A stretch of 62,924 nt of DNA, counting the filler, from Intoshia linei (lineage: Eukaryota; Animalia; Orthonectida): NCBI GenBank assembly GCA_001642005.1. It is 8 parts of 8 records of this genome, joined end to end, with 100 filler letters (N's around TTAATTAATTAA, not from the genome) between each part and the next. Parts side by side here need not be neighbours in the genome. Positions count along the whole stretch, not along the records: positions 1 to 15,193 come from LWCA01000925.1; 7 more parts are not named here. One strand, given 5' to 3'. The notes below the pieces were generated by a model that saw only the letters and a list, made by a program, of their open reading frames with translations, did no database searches and had not been told where the DNA came from. Positions 1-13,996 of the stretch are shown here, piece by piece (the stretch's first letter is position 1; every line of letters begins with the position of its first letter). Position numbers and translations under genes: made by a program.

Positions 1-513
1 AACAAGTCAATTTTACTGCTCAACATTTAATCAAAAAGTTTACGCAAGGGTGAATATAAAATATTTGCTAATTAGATGACAGGATTTAGTACCTTAAAAA
101 ACAGAGACCACCCATTCAATGAATAAACTGTCAAATAAGAAGCGATAGAGTCAGATGGTGTCTGTCGTGTAATAGAAACTGCTCAAAAATGTATTTTAAA
201 TTTATTAATCACAAAATGGTTCAAGACAGGATTTTGAAACATATCGCTCCCAAGTGAATTTTGGGCAGTTATTACATTATATTAACATTGATCAAAGCAT
301 ATAAATAACCAAATTCTAAGAAATTCTAATGCTACATTCACATTTCCTATTTAATCAAATTTAATTACATGTATTTATTACATACAGAGTCTCCACTATG
401 AATAAAAATAACCGGGGTAGGGTCGAAAAAAATTTGATTAAAATGGATTGCTCCAGACCGACATTTACAAATCTCTTAATTAAGATATAGTAATATTATA
501 AAATGAACAAAAC

Positions 514-766
514 CCATAATAGCTGTCATTCCTGGTTTAATTGAGCACGAAATATTATTCAGAATTATAATTTTTTTCTTTTTCACACAACAGCAAGTAT
601 TATTGTCAAACAAATTTAAATTTTCACATAACAATATATTCTCCTCCTTCGCTGTTTTCACCTCAGGCATACAAAGATTGACAGTCAGAGAAACTTTTTT
701 TAAAAGCCTTTCAGCTTCAGCTTTATGTACAATATCAATATTTTTAAGTTTAGTAGATTCCGACAT
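514..766 (-). CDS. ABCG-family (white/ABCG2-like) half-transporter, first coding exon; remainder not resolved in window
   Basis: ORF ends in ILNNISCSIKPGMTAIMG, the ABCG segment just before Walker A; GT donor at 513-512 after ATG-G; no GKS/T exon could be recognised downstream. Confidence 0.6.
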
Positions 767-1029
767 TGTAAAGAGCCTTTCAATACTACTATAGGTTGTT
801 TATCTTTTAATTAATTTGATGACCTGAATAATTGTTCCCTAAATCTAAATAGGTCATAAAATAAATAAAATTCAACAAAAAAAAATAAAAATTATTAAAA
901 TTAAAATTAAATCAATGCAAAATAGAGTAAAATGCATTAGTATAAACTGTATAACTCATTACAATTCTTTTGTGAAGAATAGAAAAGTCATTTTCAAACA
1001 AAAGTAATTTTGAATTAATTAAGCAAAGC

Positions 1030-1300
1030 TGGAGAGCCAGCAGTAGGCCTGGGCCAGATGAAAATTGTAGGTCCAGTAAAATTAATTTAAAAAATGGGAC
1101 CTCTATACATTGCTTAATCGATTGTTCATTATTTAAACATTAAAAATAACTAATTGGATTGTGTCTAGAACATTTTATTATACGATAATTTTGTTATACT
1201 CGAGAAATTTTCCAACATTACCTATTAATAAATGAATAAAGTAGACCCAAAAAAAAGTATCCCGGGCCATATGGCCCCTAACCTCTCTCCACGTCCCTTA
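1030..1300. mobile_element. ~270-bp hAT-like MITE, family A copy 1
   Basis: Colinear with 45865-46135 (ggcc.gggccagatg.aaattgta ... tgcttaatcgat.gttcattat ... catatggcc.cta); termini GGAGA...TCTCC(A/G)CG are inverted. Confidence 0.7.
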
Positions 1301-2600
1301 AAAGTACATATATGTATAATATACATAGTCAAATATTTACCACTATTCTATATCAAGGTGAACATAAGGCACTTCGCGAGATACACTGATATTTAATTTT
1401 ATTAATTAATTTATTCTAAATATTAAAAAATGTATACCCATGCGAAGGGGTGTTTTTTCAAAAATAAATTTGGAAAAATGTGCAACGGAATAGCTCAATA
1501 TTTGGAAAACATAATGCTCTATCAAATAGTCAATCAAAGTTATTTTAATGATATAAATAATAATTTATATCAAAAGTATTATAAAAAAAAGTAATTTGGC
1601 CCATTTGTCAAACCCGCGCCCAATTCTAATAAACATACTAAATCAATGTTAATAATAAATAGCAAGTGGTTGGATATCAATTACTTAATTTTAATATTGT
1701 TAATACAATAAGAATAAATATCGATCGAGATAGAAAAACCCTGTAAAAACGAAAATACAATAGAATTCCATTCATCCATGGGGTTATATAATTATAAAAT
1801 ATTTGCGAAATAATAATAAAAATGTAATGTTTAATTGAAAATTTTAATAATCACGTAAACATCAATATATGTTAATGATGTATATTGATAATTTAAATTA
1901 ATCATACCTAATAAAGTGTCGGATATCAGCAATAAACTTTTATTGTTAATCTAATAGTTTTTTAAATCCATGGAATTCAATGGCAAATTAAAAATTTATC
2001 AACACAAAAACGCAAAGTTATATTAAATTTAAACTTAACTCACCCATGTTTTATATTACTTCTAAGTTTAACCCGCACTATTATTTAATTTTATTCAAAA
2101 TTTTTGATTATTATCCCATCGTAAGCAATTCTTCCTGAGCACGATGATAAATATAATTCAGAAATGCGTAAATCTAAGTTGTATGTGAGTTGTATTTACT
2201 ATTACAATGCAATGACCATAATAAGGTTGCATGCCCTGCTTTAGGAAGGTTATAATTTTATTTTTATAATATGCATTATAGAATATTGAGTAATACTCAG
2301 ACACTACTGACTCAGTAATACTAATTCCAAATACTGAGTACAATGTCAGTACAGACATTTTAATTTTTATTTGATTACTCGCTATTTTAACGTTTTCCAT
2401 GAAAATGAAAAGTTTTTATAAAGATTAATGTTTAAATTTAATTATGATGACAATATGAATGCAATATCTGTCGATCGGTAATCATTATTATAATAGACAG
2501 TTAAAATCTAACCATATTATCATTAATACATTTGCTTTAAATTAAATTTTAATTAAACCATAATCTGCATTTAAATTGAGTTTAATATAATATTTATAAT

Positions 2601-2830
2601 ACAGTCGGACGGTACGACTCGGACCCAGCTTTAAAATAAACCTCGGTGTAAAGCAAACTCGGTTTTTGGGGCACTTTTTCAGAATTGTGTTGATTTTATA
2701 GTATTTATATCGATGTCATAGCAATATATGTGAAATTAACCCCGCTTTTAGACAAAAATGTTGTAAATACATAAGAATAGTTACTATAGTGATGATATTA
2801 ATTTAAAATTATAATTATTTAAATATTTTA
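2601..2830. repeat. Dispersed repeat with a TA-CAGT (pogo/Tigger-like) end
   Basis: 2687-2830 recurs at 13824-13960 (tgttgattttata..tcgat..catagcaatata..gaaattaaccccgctttt..gtgatga.attaatttaaaattata). Confidence 0.5.
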
Positions 2831-3523
2831 ATATATATTTAATTCATTAATGTTCCATTTATGCCTATATTTTAATATATTATAATTTATTAATTACTAT
2901 TTTAAATTAGAAATTAACTATAATTCTAAAAATTAAGTATATAATTACAAAAATAATCATAACTTTGATTTTCAGGTATTCAGCTGAAAATAACACCCCA
3001 AAACCGTGTTGGACTGTAATAGAAACAATTATAATATCATAATATATTTAAATAGTTTAAATATTCAATGAAAGATTAGATAACTCACTAAAACTCCTGA
3101 TTTTGGGGAATTTTTTAAAAAATGGTGCCCCAATACGAGGTCCGACTGTAATATTACTATTATATACCTTTTTCTCTGCAAATTTTACGAGAATTAGGTA
3201 ACCATCAATAATTGTATATCGTAGACTTATATCTTTACTTTTATAAACTAAAAGTTGCAATAGTGGGATTACCAAGTTGGGAATCACTTTTGGCGATATC
3301 ATCTTTTATATAAAAATAAATTTCAATTTACCGTGTCCATTTTATTAAGGTATAAGTAATTTGTTGATTTTTGCTATATTTCATAAAACAAAGTAATAAT
3401 AATTTAACAGTTAATTTTCCCTAAAACTCCAAACCTATTGTACAAAGATTGTCATAAACATGTTTGTACTTTACGCATATAAATTACAAATTATTTATTT
3501 ATAGTTAGTAAGTTAATTTGCAT

Positions 3524-6500
3524 CTAAAACTTTGTTTTATATAAATCAAATTGAGGAGCGGGCAAGTCCTTTTTACTACTTTCAATACGAATAATTGCCT
3601 TGTTAAATTCTTTACTGTTTCCTGTAGGATTAGATTGATGTATCGATTTTTGCATGCTATCGATACTCTTTGGAGTAACGTTCATATCATTAATATTGAT
3701 TATTTCTTTTAAATTGGATGTTTCCAAAGATTGAGACATTGGCATTGTGTACATCCAATTATCTGCATCAGGCATACTTAATCCTGCATCCCAAACGCTA
3801 GAATTTGATACTTCTGATTGACGGGTTGTTTTTGTTTTTTGTGATGGCATTGTCTTTATACTTAATGTATATTTATTATTTATTTTATTTGTATTCATCG
3901 TTTGTTGATTTGAACTAAATATACATTCCATTAAAAAGTATTACAATGTAAACATTATAAATATTACGGTTATCATAGAATCATTATTGTCAGAAACAGA
4001 AATGGTTATAGATTTGAATTATTATTGACTATTTTTATGAATTTTGAATAATCATTCAAGTCAAGCACTATCATATTATCAATTAAAAATACATTGAACA
4101 TGGAAATATAAAAAGTTAATTATTTCTTGTTATTTATTGCGTAATTATATTTACATGTTATGATTAGGATGTCCAAAAAAGACACTTTTTTTAAAAGATT
4201 GAAAAGAATATTTCAGTATCGTAATTGGTGATTATAAGAGTATTTCAATATTAGCACACAATTTTTTAATTTAACAGGCCGAAGAAGAAGGTTCATTTTT
4301 TTTAGGAAAATTTTTTAAACGCAGGGCGGATTCAAGGGGGTGCAGAAAATGAAGCACCCCTAAATTTTTAATTAATGTTTTCTAATGTTGTAATGGTAAT
4401 GTTAGTTAATGAATTTACAATACATCATCCAAGAAGATTAGACCTAATTGATTTAGGATTATTTAATTAACAAAATTAATTTCTCTTTTTTTGTGCTGAT
4501 CCTTTTTTTTATTTTTGCGTAAAAATACAAATTTGGAAACTATTGTATAACAACCTTTAAATGAAATTAAAAGAGACGCTCTAAAAAAAATTTCGACTTC
4601 AGCGAAGTTAAATATATTGATCGTTTCGCTCGCACCCCATTAACTAGCCTCTTAGATCCGCCCTGAAAAGTATGTTCATTTTTCTATTATTTTATGATTT
4701 TTTCTAACTAAAATGCCTCTTACACACACAAAACTTAAAACAGTATTTTAGTATTCATATATTTTTTTCCGAAATATTTTATTAACAAAAAAAATGTGAA
4801 ATAATTAACGGTCCGAAAATTAAAAAAAAAGATTAATCTCATAGACCTTATACCAGTTCATATAAACGCAAAATTTCAACCCAAAAATCTACGCGTTCTC
4901 GGTAAAAAATAATTTTTAATATATTTTCAACCATTATTTTTCAAATATTTCGCTTACCAATTGTAAAATAAAAATTGAAAATGTAAATTGATCCTACAAT
5001 TTCAAAAAAAGTCCATTGAACGTCTACACATTTCCAATAAAGAAATATGGGGTAAAATCTATATAATTCATTCTTTCAAAATTTTTTTCATTGTTACGCA
5101 ATTTTTCAATCTCAAATTCTTATTTTCAAAACATTTTCATTAAAATGTTAAAACTACAACAACGAATTACTATAAGTAATACAACTTTGTTAGTATCATT
5201 TTTATATTTAGTACAATCCTTTTCAATATTGGTAAAATTCACCTGAAAAATATTTATAAAGTGCTGATTCTTAAATTTTCTTAAAAAAAGTGAACCTTCA
5301 TCGCCCAGTTAAATTTCAACATTGTGCCTTAATATTCGAGATATTGTCTTAGAATTACCAATAATTACGAAACTGAAATATACTTTTAGATTTTTTAATT
5401 AGTGAAACACCCAAATATACATGTAATCATTTTTAGGTTATACTGTTAGGGGAACCGTTTAAATATTTTTATTTACCTTTTTTTGTTTTTTTTCCGAATT
5501 TTATAAGTAAATGACAGAATTATGAATATAATTATTAGGACAAAAATTATAATCACTATTGCAATTATAGCCCACCATGATATAGTTTCTAAATATGTAT
5601 ATTATATAATATATGATGTAGTCCTGCACGGGTCTAAATTTTACAGTTGTGACCCACCTGTACCAGCCCGTACTTTTTTTGGATACGATACTTAAATGAT
5701 GATAATTATCAGCCATAATTTATTGATGTGCTAGCCATTAAACGTTCATCATCATTATGTAAATTGTATACTAGGGTCGTCCCTGTTGAACATGAGCCAA
5801 TTACTAAAATTCTAGAGTATGTTCGACGTTTAAATCAATGTGAGTCATAGTATTTCATATTTAGAATTATATTAAAACGATAATTTTGTTGACTAAATTT
5901 ACATAATAATAAAAATTATTATGTATTATCAAGTACTAATTTCTACTAATACAAAATGCACATATACAATAACAAAATGGTAAACATGTCTAATTGATCG
6001 TTAATTATCTAAAAATTTAAATTAACAGTTAAAAATCGCATTGGTCATCATAATGATGACATACTTAAGAAATTAAAATAGTAGGGTTGTCATAATTGTA
6101 GGCCCAGGTCAAGTGATCCTTTCATGGTCCCGTCCTTAATATCAATGTTTTAAATAATATGTATTTCATTTAATATTAAAACGTACCGGATTGTTTTACG
6201 GTATTGGCATTAGAACCATGGTTACCATCATGATCGTGGTCATCATCGTGTTCATGATGAAAAGATTGGAACCATTTATATAATCCAAATTGGTAGTCGT
6301 ATTTGTCAATTAATACGGTTTCGTTATTAGGACATTTTCCATTTAAGTCCTTCATATCAGCACCTAAATTAAACTGTTTATTGAAATTTATTAATATTTA
6401 TTGATCAATAAACCAATCAAAATATACAGTATGCCAGTTGTAGTGACATTCTTTGTGTTATAAGATTACAACAACAAAAACATGTATAAAATGCTAGGAC

Positions 6501-7350
6501 CCAAAAATTCACCACCACTCGTCAAAGTGAACACAAATTTAATTTATAATTAGGCTTTGGTTCTTAATATTTGTATTAATTCAATATAAACAAATTAATA
6601 TATAAAATTAAAAAAGGAAGTGTTAAAAATGTCAATTATATGCAATATTTTTTATAAATCTTCTGATAATTGATGTTACCTGTGGCTAAGAACAACTTAA
6701 TGGAAAATTCATATGGCATAATAATATCAGACACATTATAAGCCTTGTTAAGTTCTAATGCTCTGTTTCTATTGTTCATGTTTCTTTCTGGAACTAGAGT
6801 GAAAGAATCCAATCCAAGCGTCGATAAAGAGTAAGCAACCGGACAAAATTTTCCCTGAAAACTAAATCCAATCAACGTATCCGGTTTGAGGTGTAAGCAT
6901 TCATAATTTTCTTGTTTGAAAATTATCTGTAAAATAATATAATACATATTAAAAAAAATTAAATTACATCTCTTCTTAAAAGTTCGACTATAGATCCAAC
7001 TTCAAAACTTTTCAACAGCTTAACGGCTTTTATAGGGTGTACATTTAAAAGTCGATTTCTGCGGATCCATTCGTCACTATAATATATTGGTTTCCAAATT
7101 GTAATATTTATTTTATCCATCAATCGAAATAAAATACTCATTCCATACAAAACGGAAGGTTCTCTTAGTCTGTAGGCAATAATATATTCGGTTGGATTGT
7201 TTTCAACTATTGCCCAATTGAATAAAATCCTGTTTCCAACTGAATTGTATTCGCCAACTATAAAAATTTTGCTTATATTAAACAGTAATATATAATACCA
7301 ATTAGTGTTAAACAGCCGACTAAGAAGTTGATTATTACGAAACGATTCAT
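3524..7350 (-). CDS. Single-pass type I membrane protein, 422 aa, unknown family; complement(join(3524..3914,5477..5588,6187..6363,6680..6926,6968..7257,7299..7350))
   Basis: Five GT-AG introns, all phase-compatible; total 1269 nt = 423 codons. Signal peptide MNRFVIINFLVGCLTLIVG; His/Asp patch HHEHDDDHDHDGNHG; TM WWAIIAIVIIIFVLIIIFIILSF followed by KIRKKNKK; S/T/N-rich tail equals ORF 3524..3931. Confidence 0.75.
4165..5414. mobile_element. Non-autonomous DNA transposon with ~130-bp imperfect TIRs, in intron 5 of the membrane-protein gene
   Basis: 4192-4315 (atatttcagt.tcgtaatt...ttaac.ggcga.gaaggttca.tttttt) is the reverse complement of 5272-5400; termini resemble TAGGGTGT; internal sequence recurs at about 22000, 26700, 30450, 33020 and 42920-43990. 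Confidence 0.7.
4322..4665. mobile_element. 344-bp hAT-like MITE nested in the element above
   Basis: Perfect 10-bp TIR CAGGGCGGAT/ATCCGCCCTG, extending imperfectly; no clear TSD. Confidence 0.75.
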
Positions 7351-7612
7351 GTCAATGTTCTAATAATTTACACATTCATTTATTTACGAGTATGATTTAA
7401 ATTAAAATTCACTCGAAACTACGCACCATATAAATACATATATAGATATGAGATCAAGAATTCTGGTCAAATTATATCTGAAATAGTGTTTGCAATTTGT
7501 TACGCAGAAACTTATTGTAATTGGTTTACACACTAAGAATTTCATGGTATTATGAACAACTTTGTTAATAAATAACTCACAATATCTACTTTTATAAATG
7601 TAAATAAAACAT

Positions 7613-10332
7613 TTATTTCATTAAAGAATTAACAACGCTGGATATATCCAACTTTTTGAGATCTACATACGTTTGACCTGTTCCAATAAACAAAATAGGT
7701 TGGCCAGTGACGTATGTCAAGTTAACAGCAGTGCCTACTTTATCATCGATAGTATCAAATTTTGTAAGAATAATTGCATCAATTAGTTTTTTTGAAACGT
7801 GTGGTGAAAATTCTTCGAGAGATCTGTTGAATTTTTTGAGTTGGTCACACCCATTACTTCCAACCAATGCTTCTCCAACAAATAAAACCAAATCTGGACA
7901 ATTTACGTGAATTAACTAAAAATTTAAATTTAAAATTTTAATGTATATAAACAAAGAAAAACCTTTGCGAGTGCTCGCATTAATGGTGTATTATCTTGCA
8001 TACGACCTGCTGTATCAATCAGTACAACTTCAATTTCTTCATTTTTAGCTTAACATTAAATTTAAAATTTCTCATCATTATATTATACCTTGCTGAATAG
8101 CTTGCATGGCAATAGCGGCAGCGTCTTTGCCATACCCCCTCTGGAACAAAACAACTTTATTTGGTCGATCCACAGAATTTAATTTATTAACATGTGTTTC
8201 CAGTTGCTCAATTGCACCAGCTCTAAAGGTATCACACGCTGAAATCATAACTTTCAAATCGTTTTCCATTAGCCAATAACAAATTTTGGCAAGGTTTGTA
8301 CTTTTTCCAACTCCATTCACACCGCAGAATGTAATTACGTATGGTTTATTTTGCAATTTACTTTCTTTAACATTTTCTAAAATGTTTATTTCATTCCCCG
8401 GAGTTAAAATTTGACGAATTGCTTCAGAGAGTGACTCCTTGACGAGCTTGGTTAAGGCTAAAATTAATTAAAATTATTAGATCAATTTGAACATATCATT
8501 TTCATTTTGATATTAATAATTAATTAATACATACATGTATAAGTGAAAAAAAGGTTAATTTAAACCAGATAAACCCTTTTCGTCATATGCTTTAATTAAA
8601 TGTTTAAAGTGGTCCAGAATTTATAAATTTGATACAGTACTTTGAATAACAACACCAATTTTGTATAAATTTTTTGAGTAAATATGACAAAAATTGTTTG
8701 ATAGAAAAATTTCGTTGATTATATTAAAAAAAAATATAACTTAAATTATTAATGAATTGAATATATTATGATTTTTTTTATATTAGAGTGGTTAAATCAA
8801 TATATCCAATGAATATCAATGACGAGTTGAATGTTAAATTAAAAATTACATGAGAATTTTGTCAGTATTTTCCCTTCAAGAGAACATCGCACAGATTCGC
8901 AAATTTTTGAAGCAACTTCAACTGCAATGTTTTTGTCTAAAAAATTAATTAAATTAAATAAATAGATATAAACCCCCTTTGGGTACTTGAAAATAAAGCG
9001 GCAGCCAAAAAATATGGCGGACTAACTAACATACAATATACTAATATTTTATATATACCATATACAGTAGGGTATCCACTTTTTTTATTAGAAAGACCCA
9101 TTTTACAAGTGGGTGTCTTTGATTTTAAGCATTTACAAAAAAAATTGAAATCAATTAATATTTACATTTACGAAATTTATAATTAACTTTATGCTAAAGT
9201 TTGTTTATAGTTTTTATTAAAACTTAATATTTAAACCTCTTTGTAGTTAAATTATCAGGAATTCAAACATTATTAAAAATACATGAGCTAGACCTGAATT
9301 TAAAAAAACAAAAAAATCCACAAAACATGGTAACGCATCGAAGGAATTACAACCATAGCAACCCATAAAAGGCTGATTATAAATAAAATAATTACATTTA
9401 AGGGGATTATTAAATTATTATTAAATATTAACCGATTTCAATTTTTTTTGATAAATGCTTAAAATCATAAAAGGTATCCATGTGCAAAATGGGGCTTCTA
9501 AAAAAAAATGTATATATCCTAATATACAGTAAACGAAATAATCAATACCAACAAAATTATCAATCATGCTCTCCATTAAAGGTTTTAATGATTCAGAATT
9601 AATAGGTTCTGAACTAACACACGCTCTCAAATATGAATACCAACCACTCTGCTGCTCAGTTGTTCCTTTTTCATCATCTGAAGATTTATTGATATCAAAA
9701 TATTCAGTTCTAAATTTACCATATTTATATATCTTAATTTAGTAGTATTAATCTTAATTTAATAGGACTACAGAACTATAAATTTCATTTTTCGTCTAAA
9801 GTGAAAATCATGAAATAATCAGTTCAAAATAAATATTCTTCCTAGTTTTTGAAATAATGTCTGAAAACATTAATTGTAGTCACTTATTTTTATTTTTTAG
9901 ATACTTATGTGTATTATCTATTGAAGATAACGACATAGGAAAGGAATGTTTAATTAAATGTTTGTAAAAAAATTAATCCAAATTCGGGAAAAATTCTCAG
10001 GATACATATACAACATAAAATACCAGGTTAAGAGTCTCACTTGACTCTTTCAATTATGTGGAAGTTCTAGTAATCTCATCATACTGTATTAATTACAAAT
10101 ATTGTTATATTTTAAAATAATAAAAAAAATATACTCTAAATTTATATTTGGTATTTCTCCCTTCATAGAAGGCATGTCCAATTTTGTATTTTGATGAAAC
10201 TTTTCACCCGTATCATCATTATCTTTATTTATTTCACTGTAATCTAATTCAGTTTGGTCCATTTTCGGTCCATATGAATCCCATTTTCGAGGAACTTTTA
10301 TATTCTTCCTGGGTATATTTTCCTTTACTGGT
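7613..10332 (-). CDS. SRPRA: Signal recognition particle receptor alpha, 5'-partial; exons 10135-10332, 9549-9709, 8850-8936, 8089-8457, 7963-8048, 7613-7915
   Basis: [57 protein letters not shown]; linker motif VPRKW..LDYS; all junctions GT-AG and in phase. Confidence 0.95.
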
Positions 10333-10369
10333 CTAGAATTTAAATATAATAAAGAGGGAAATTAGATTA

Positions 10370-11490
10370 TTAGGTTAAATTTAAAAAAAATATGTAAACA
10401 ACTAGTCCAATCATACAATTGCAAAATAACTACATTCGATTTCGCTGAAGTGGCATATTATTATAAATAGCTATATATTTACGAATATTTACTGTAAGGC
10501 TTAGAAGACTACTTTAACTCACAATAAAAACGCGTTATTTTTTTATTTTTACGAAATATGAACAAATGTGTATTCGATGACAAACATATTTTTAATTAGT
10601 ATTTAGAGAAACAAGTTTAATGATTATGATGAGTCATATCAGTGTATTTTACTTTATGAGTTCCATATGGGGCATACGGTATCGGAAACTAATTAAAATA
10701 TATGTAATGTTTATGGCAAAGATGCTATCAACACACGAAAGATACAAATATGGTTCTTTAAGTTCTAGACCTAGTCTAGTAGATGAAGACCAAATTAAAG
10801 AGGAATTGATAAAATCTTCAATTCAAATATGTACGTCATTATCAAATCTTGCTAATTGTTCAAGAACAAGTGTACATCGAGTTGTTAAAAGCATGAATAA
10901 ATGTGGTATTTGAATTCCTCATTTATTGACTAGTCAACACAAATTAAATCGTTTAAATGCTTGTAAATCACTGCTTGAAAGGCTTAAAAATAAATCATTT
11001 TTAGAAGAAATTATAACAGGAGATGAAAAATTGGTATTATGGGATACAGCAAAATTAAAAAAACAATGACTTTCACCAAATAAACCATTATGTACCCCAA
11101 AACCCAATTTACACTGTCAAAAGATTATGCTATGTATATAATGGGATATGGGAGGTGTGGTATATCATTAATTTTTAAAAAACAAATAAACCATTAATTC
11201 TGATAAATACTGTGAAAATTAGAAAAAAAAGTTTAATTTACCTAAAAGGACCACTAAAGTTTCGTAAAAAAAATATTATCCTACCACAAGACAAAATAAC
11301 ACTTCTAAAAAAACCTCTCAGTTTCTAAATGAGTTACAATTTGAAGTATTACCTCATCCACCGTATTCACCAGACTTAACACCATCTGATTATTACCTAT
11401 TAAAGCTATGACTAACCATTACTATGGTAAAAAAATCAAATGAAGGGTTAAAATTGGACATAGAAAACTTTTTATCTAATAAATAAGTAA
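10370..11490 (+). mobile_element. Degenerate mariner (DD34D) element, transposase pseudogene
   Basis: SRP..VD, *IPHLL (WVPHEL), IITGDEK, KIMLCI*WD, LPHPPYSPDLTPSDYYL; multiple stops and frameshifts; TA-TTAGGTT possible left end. Confidence 0.92.
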
Positions 11491-11939
11491 CGATAGAGCA
11501 CATAAAAAAAGATAAAATATTATAGAAATCAAAAGCATAAATATTTTAAGATATCAGTTTAACACATAAACATAACAAAATGTTACAAAGAACACAAAAG
11601 CAACATAAGTTGTGTAATCAAGACTCAAATACCATCCCAAGCAGTGATTCTGTTAAAGATAAACCCATTGTGAGCCGAGTAACCGACAACTTAACAAATG
11701 ACAACATGAAACAGACAAAAATCTCAAGTGAAAATGATAGTTGTCCATCAAATAAAGACAATGACATCAAAAACTCCTAAGCAAAACATATTAATAACAT
11801 AGATGCGATTGATGACAAAAGAGTGACATCCATAAATGACATCAAGATGAGTAGAACTAAAAAATGAAAAGTCTATCAAACAGCCTAAATCCAATAATGA
11901 TCCAGGAAGGAACTATTGGGATGATGGATTAGGAGGAAA

Positions 11940-13150
11940 AAAATTCACAGCGTCATACACTCTTTGTATTTATTCATTCTGTATTTGGTATGGATGAGAA
12001 CAGGTGCTACTTATCATACTCTTTCATTTTCATTGCTTATCCATTGTCATTGACATATTTATCATTGCAATGCAATTGACAGAATGAGATTACCCTTGTA
12101 TATGTATTTACAAGATAAATGGTGGAAATCTAGAATAAGACCTATTAAATTGGAAGGTAATAATTTAACTAATTCTTATGTAAAGATATTAGGCGTATAT
12201 CGACATATAGTTTTGGCTATCGACTTAAAACTATGAAAATCTTTTGACTAAGTGGAATTCAAGCAGACCACAAGAGATACTGGGACGCAAAAAAATACAT
12301 GTATGCATTAAAGAAGGAAGTGGCGGTCATGATTGTTAAACCTCATTATGCGTTTTCTCTCAAAAATAAACTACTGAAAGTGTAATTTATATTATAGTGA
12401 TAATTCATACTTATTAGGTGCATGATTATAAAACATTTAAAAATGTATAAGTCACATGTTCATTAGTTTACAAAAATTCTCAGTAAACTGTAAAGTTATG
12501 TAGATAATGATAATAGATGGTTAGTGGTCGTTAGTAGTTAGATAGTGGTTTGTAATTCTGGATACATCGGGTCAAATACAAATACTCCTGAAATTCGTAA
12601 AATTGCAAAGGATCGTCCATCTAGTTATAAAACCTTGGATAGTAAACTGAAATTAAAAGAATTGGCTAGAATTCTCGGACCTGTACAGAGGTATTAAATA
12701 TAATTTAATCGAATCATTTTATTATTTATAGATTTTTTAGTAGTCTTAAAAAAAATTCTATATTTTTTCTAAAACCTATTATTATGATCATTCTCATTTC
12801 GACATAGACTTTGCAATTGCGTCAGTTTAACGAATGAATTGATCAAGAGTATGTCGACAATATTCTATGATTGTATATATGTTGTAGGAATAGATTCAAT
12901 GGTGAAGATTATGATTATGTAATCAAGGTTTTTATATTAGAGTGAAGTCAAATTTTTTCAGGATTTAAATGTTTATTTAAGTGAAACTTTTGCTTTCAAA
13001 AATTTATCACTGTACCCTAATCTATCAACATAATAATTACAATTATAGGTAATGTCTACTGCTCGTGAAGAGCATAACTCGAAAAAATTGAAACACAATC
13101 AAATTTGTCAAAAATATAGAGAGGCAAAACGTTTACGGTGTTGTTTAAAT
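11940..13150 (+). pseudogene. PIF/Harbinger-type (DDE_Tnp_4) transposase relic with micro-introns
   Basis: LFILYLVWMRTGATY (HTH), YWDAKKYMYALKKEVAV, NSGYIG, VQR|FFSSLKK across a 41-bp GT-AG intron 12691-12731, C-terminal QKYREAKRLR; stops and frameshifts. Confidence 0.6.
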
Positions 13151-13239
13151 AATATTATTCCATAAATTTAATGTTGCTCTAAAAGATTGAAACACAATCT
13201 CCAATGTAACCCTTGAGTGATTGAAACTAAGGAAGTGTT

Positions 13240-13823
13240 ATTAAAAAAATAATCAAATCTTTGATTCATATATCGATTCAATTTCACTAATAGCAAGAAA
13301 ATGTAGATTCAAAAACGTTGAGGAAAGAATAAAAGATCAATTTTTTGCTAACTGTGAACACATAATCTTCATGATCTCAAAATTATGGAGAAAATTATAA
13401 ATTATGGAAAATATTAAGAAAATAAAATATTTTGTACGTCAAAAGTTTATTATTAATATCAGATATGTAAAAAAAAATAAATACTATCTTTTATATTGAA
13501 AAACGATTTATTGATGAAAATTATGTAGCAATAAATCTTCGTAACTCTAAACATTCCCGACAGTTTACTCGCAACTCCAAACGTGACACCAAAATTCCCT
13601 CTCACCTAACTGAAACAGGAAGGTGTAATGTACTGCGTACATAACTATAATTATAACATAATTATATTTTACCTATTCAGAATAACGGAAAAAAAGAATA
13701 AACTTCAAAGAACATAATTGATTACAATTACAAATTACATGTGCAATACCTTATAAAATTCTTCATGTATCACTAATAAAATTAATCTTAACTTAATCCC
13801 GTTTTCCTTATTTAAACATTACA
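13240..13823 (+). mobile_element. Deleted Gypsy LTR-retrotransposon relic: Gag fragment, pol tail, PPT and ~200-bp 3' LTR (13624-13823)
   Basis: FDSYIDSISLIARKCRFKNVEERIKDQF (Gag-like); RNSKRDTKIPSHL tail; purine run gaaacaggaagg directly before TGTAATGT...ACATTACA, which contains AATAAA. Confidence 0.55.
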
Positions 13824-13996
13824 ATGTTGATTTTATATCGATAGCATAGCAATATATGAAATTAACCCCGCTTTTGGGGCAAAAATATTGTAAATATAAA
13901 ATATATAAGTATAATTCCTAGTGATGACATTAATTTAAAATTATATTTATTTAAATATTTTACATACAACTTACATTTAAAATAGAGTAAAAAGTT

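Noticed and set aside
1400-3302. Hydrophobic minus-strand ORF pieces (2158-2400, 3057-3302, ~1580-1790) suggesting a membrane-protein gene
   Set aside because: No consistent spliced model or family motif could be established by eye.
5501-5716. 71-aa ORF MADNYHH...
   Set aside because: The real coding signal is the TM exon 5477-5588 in a different frame with proper splice sites.
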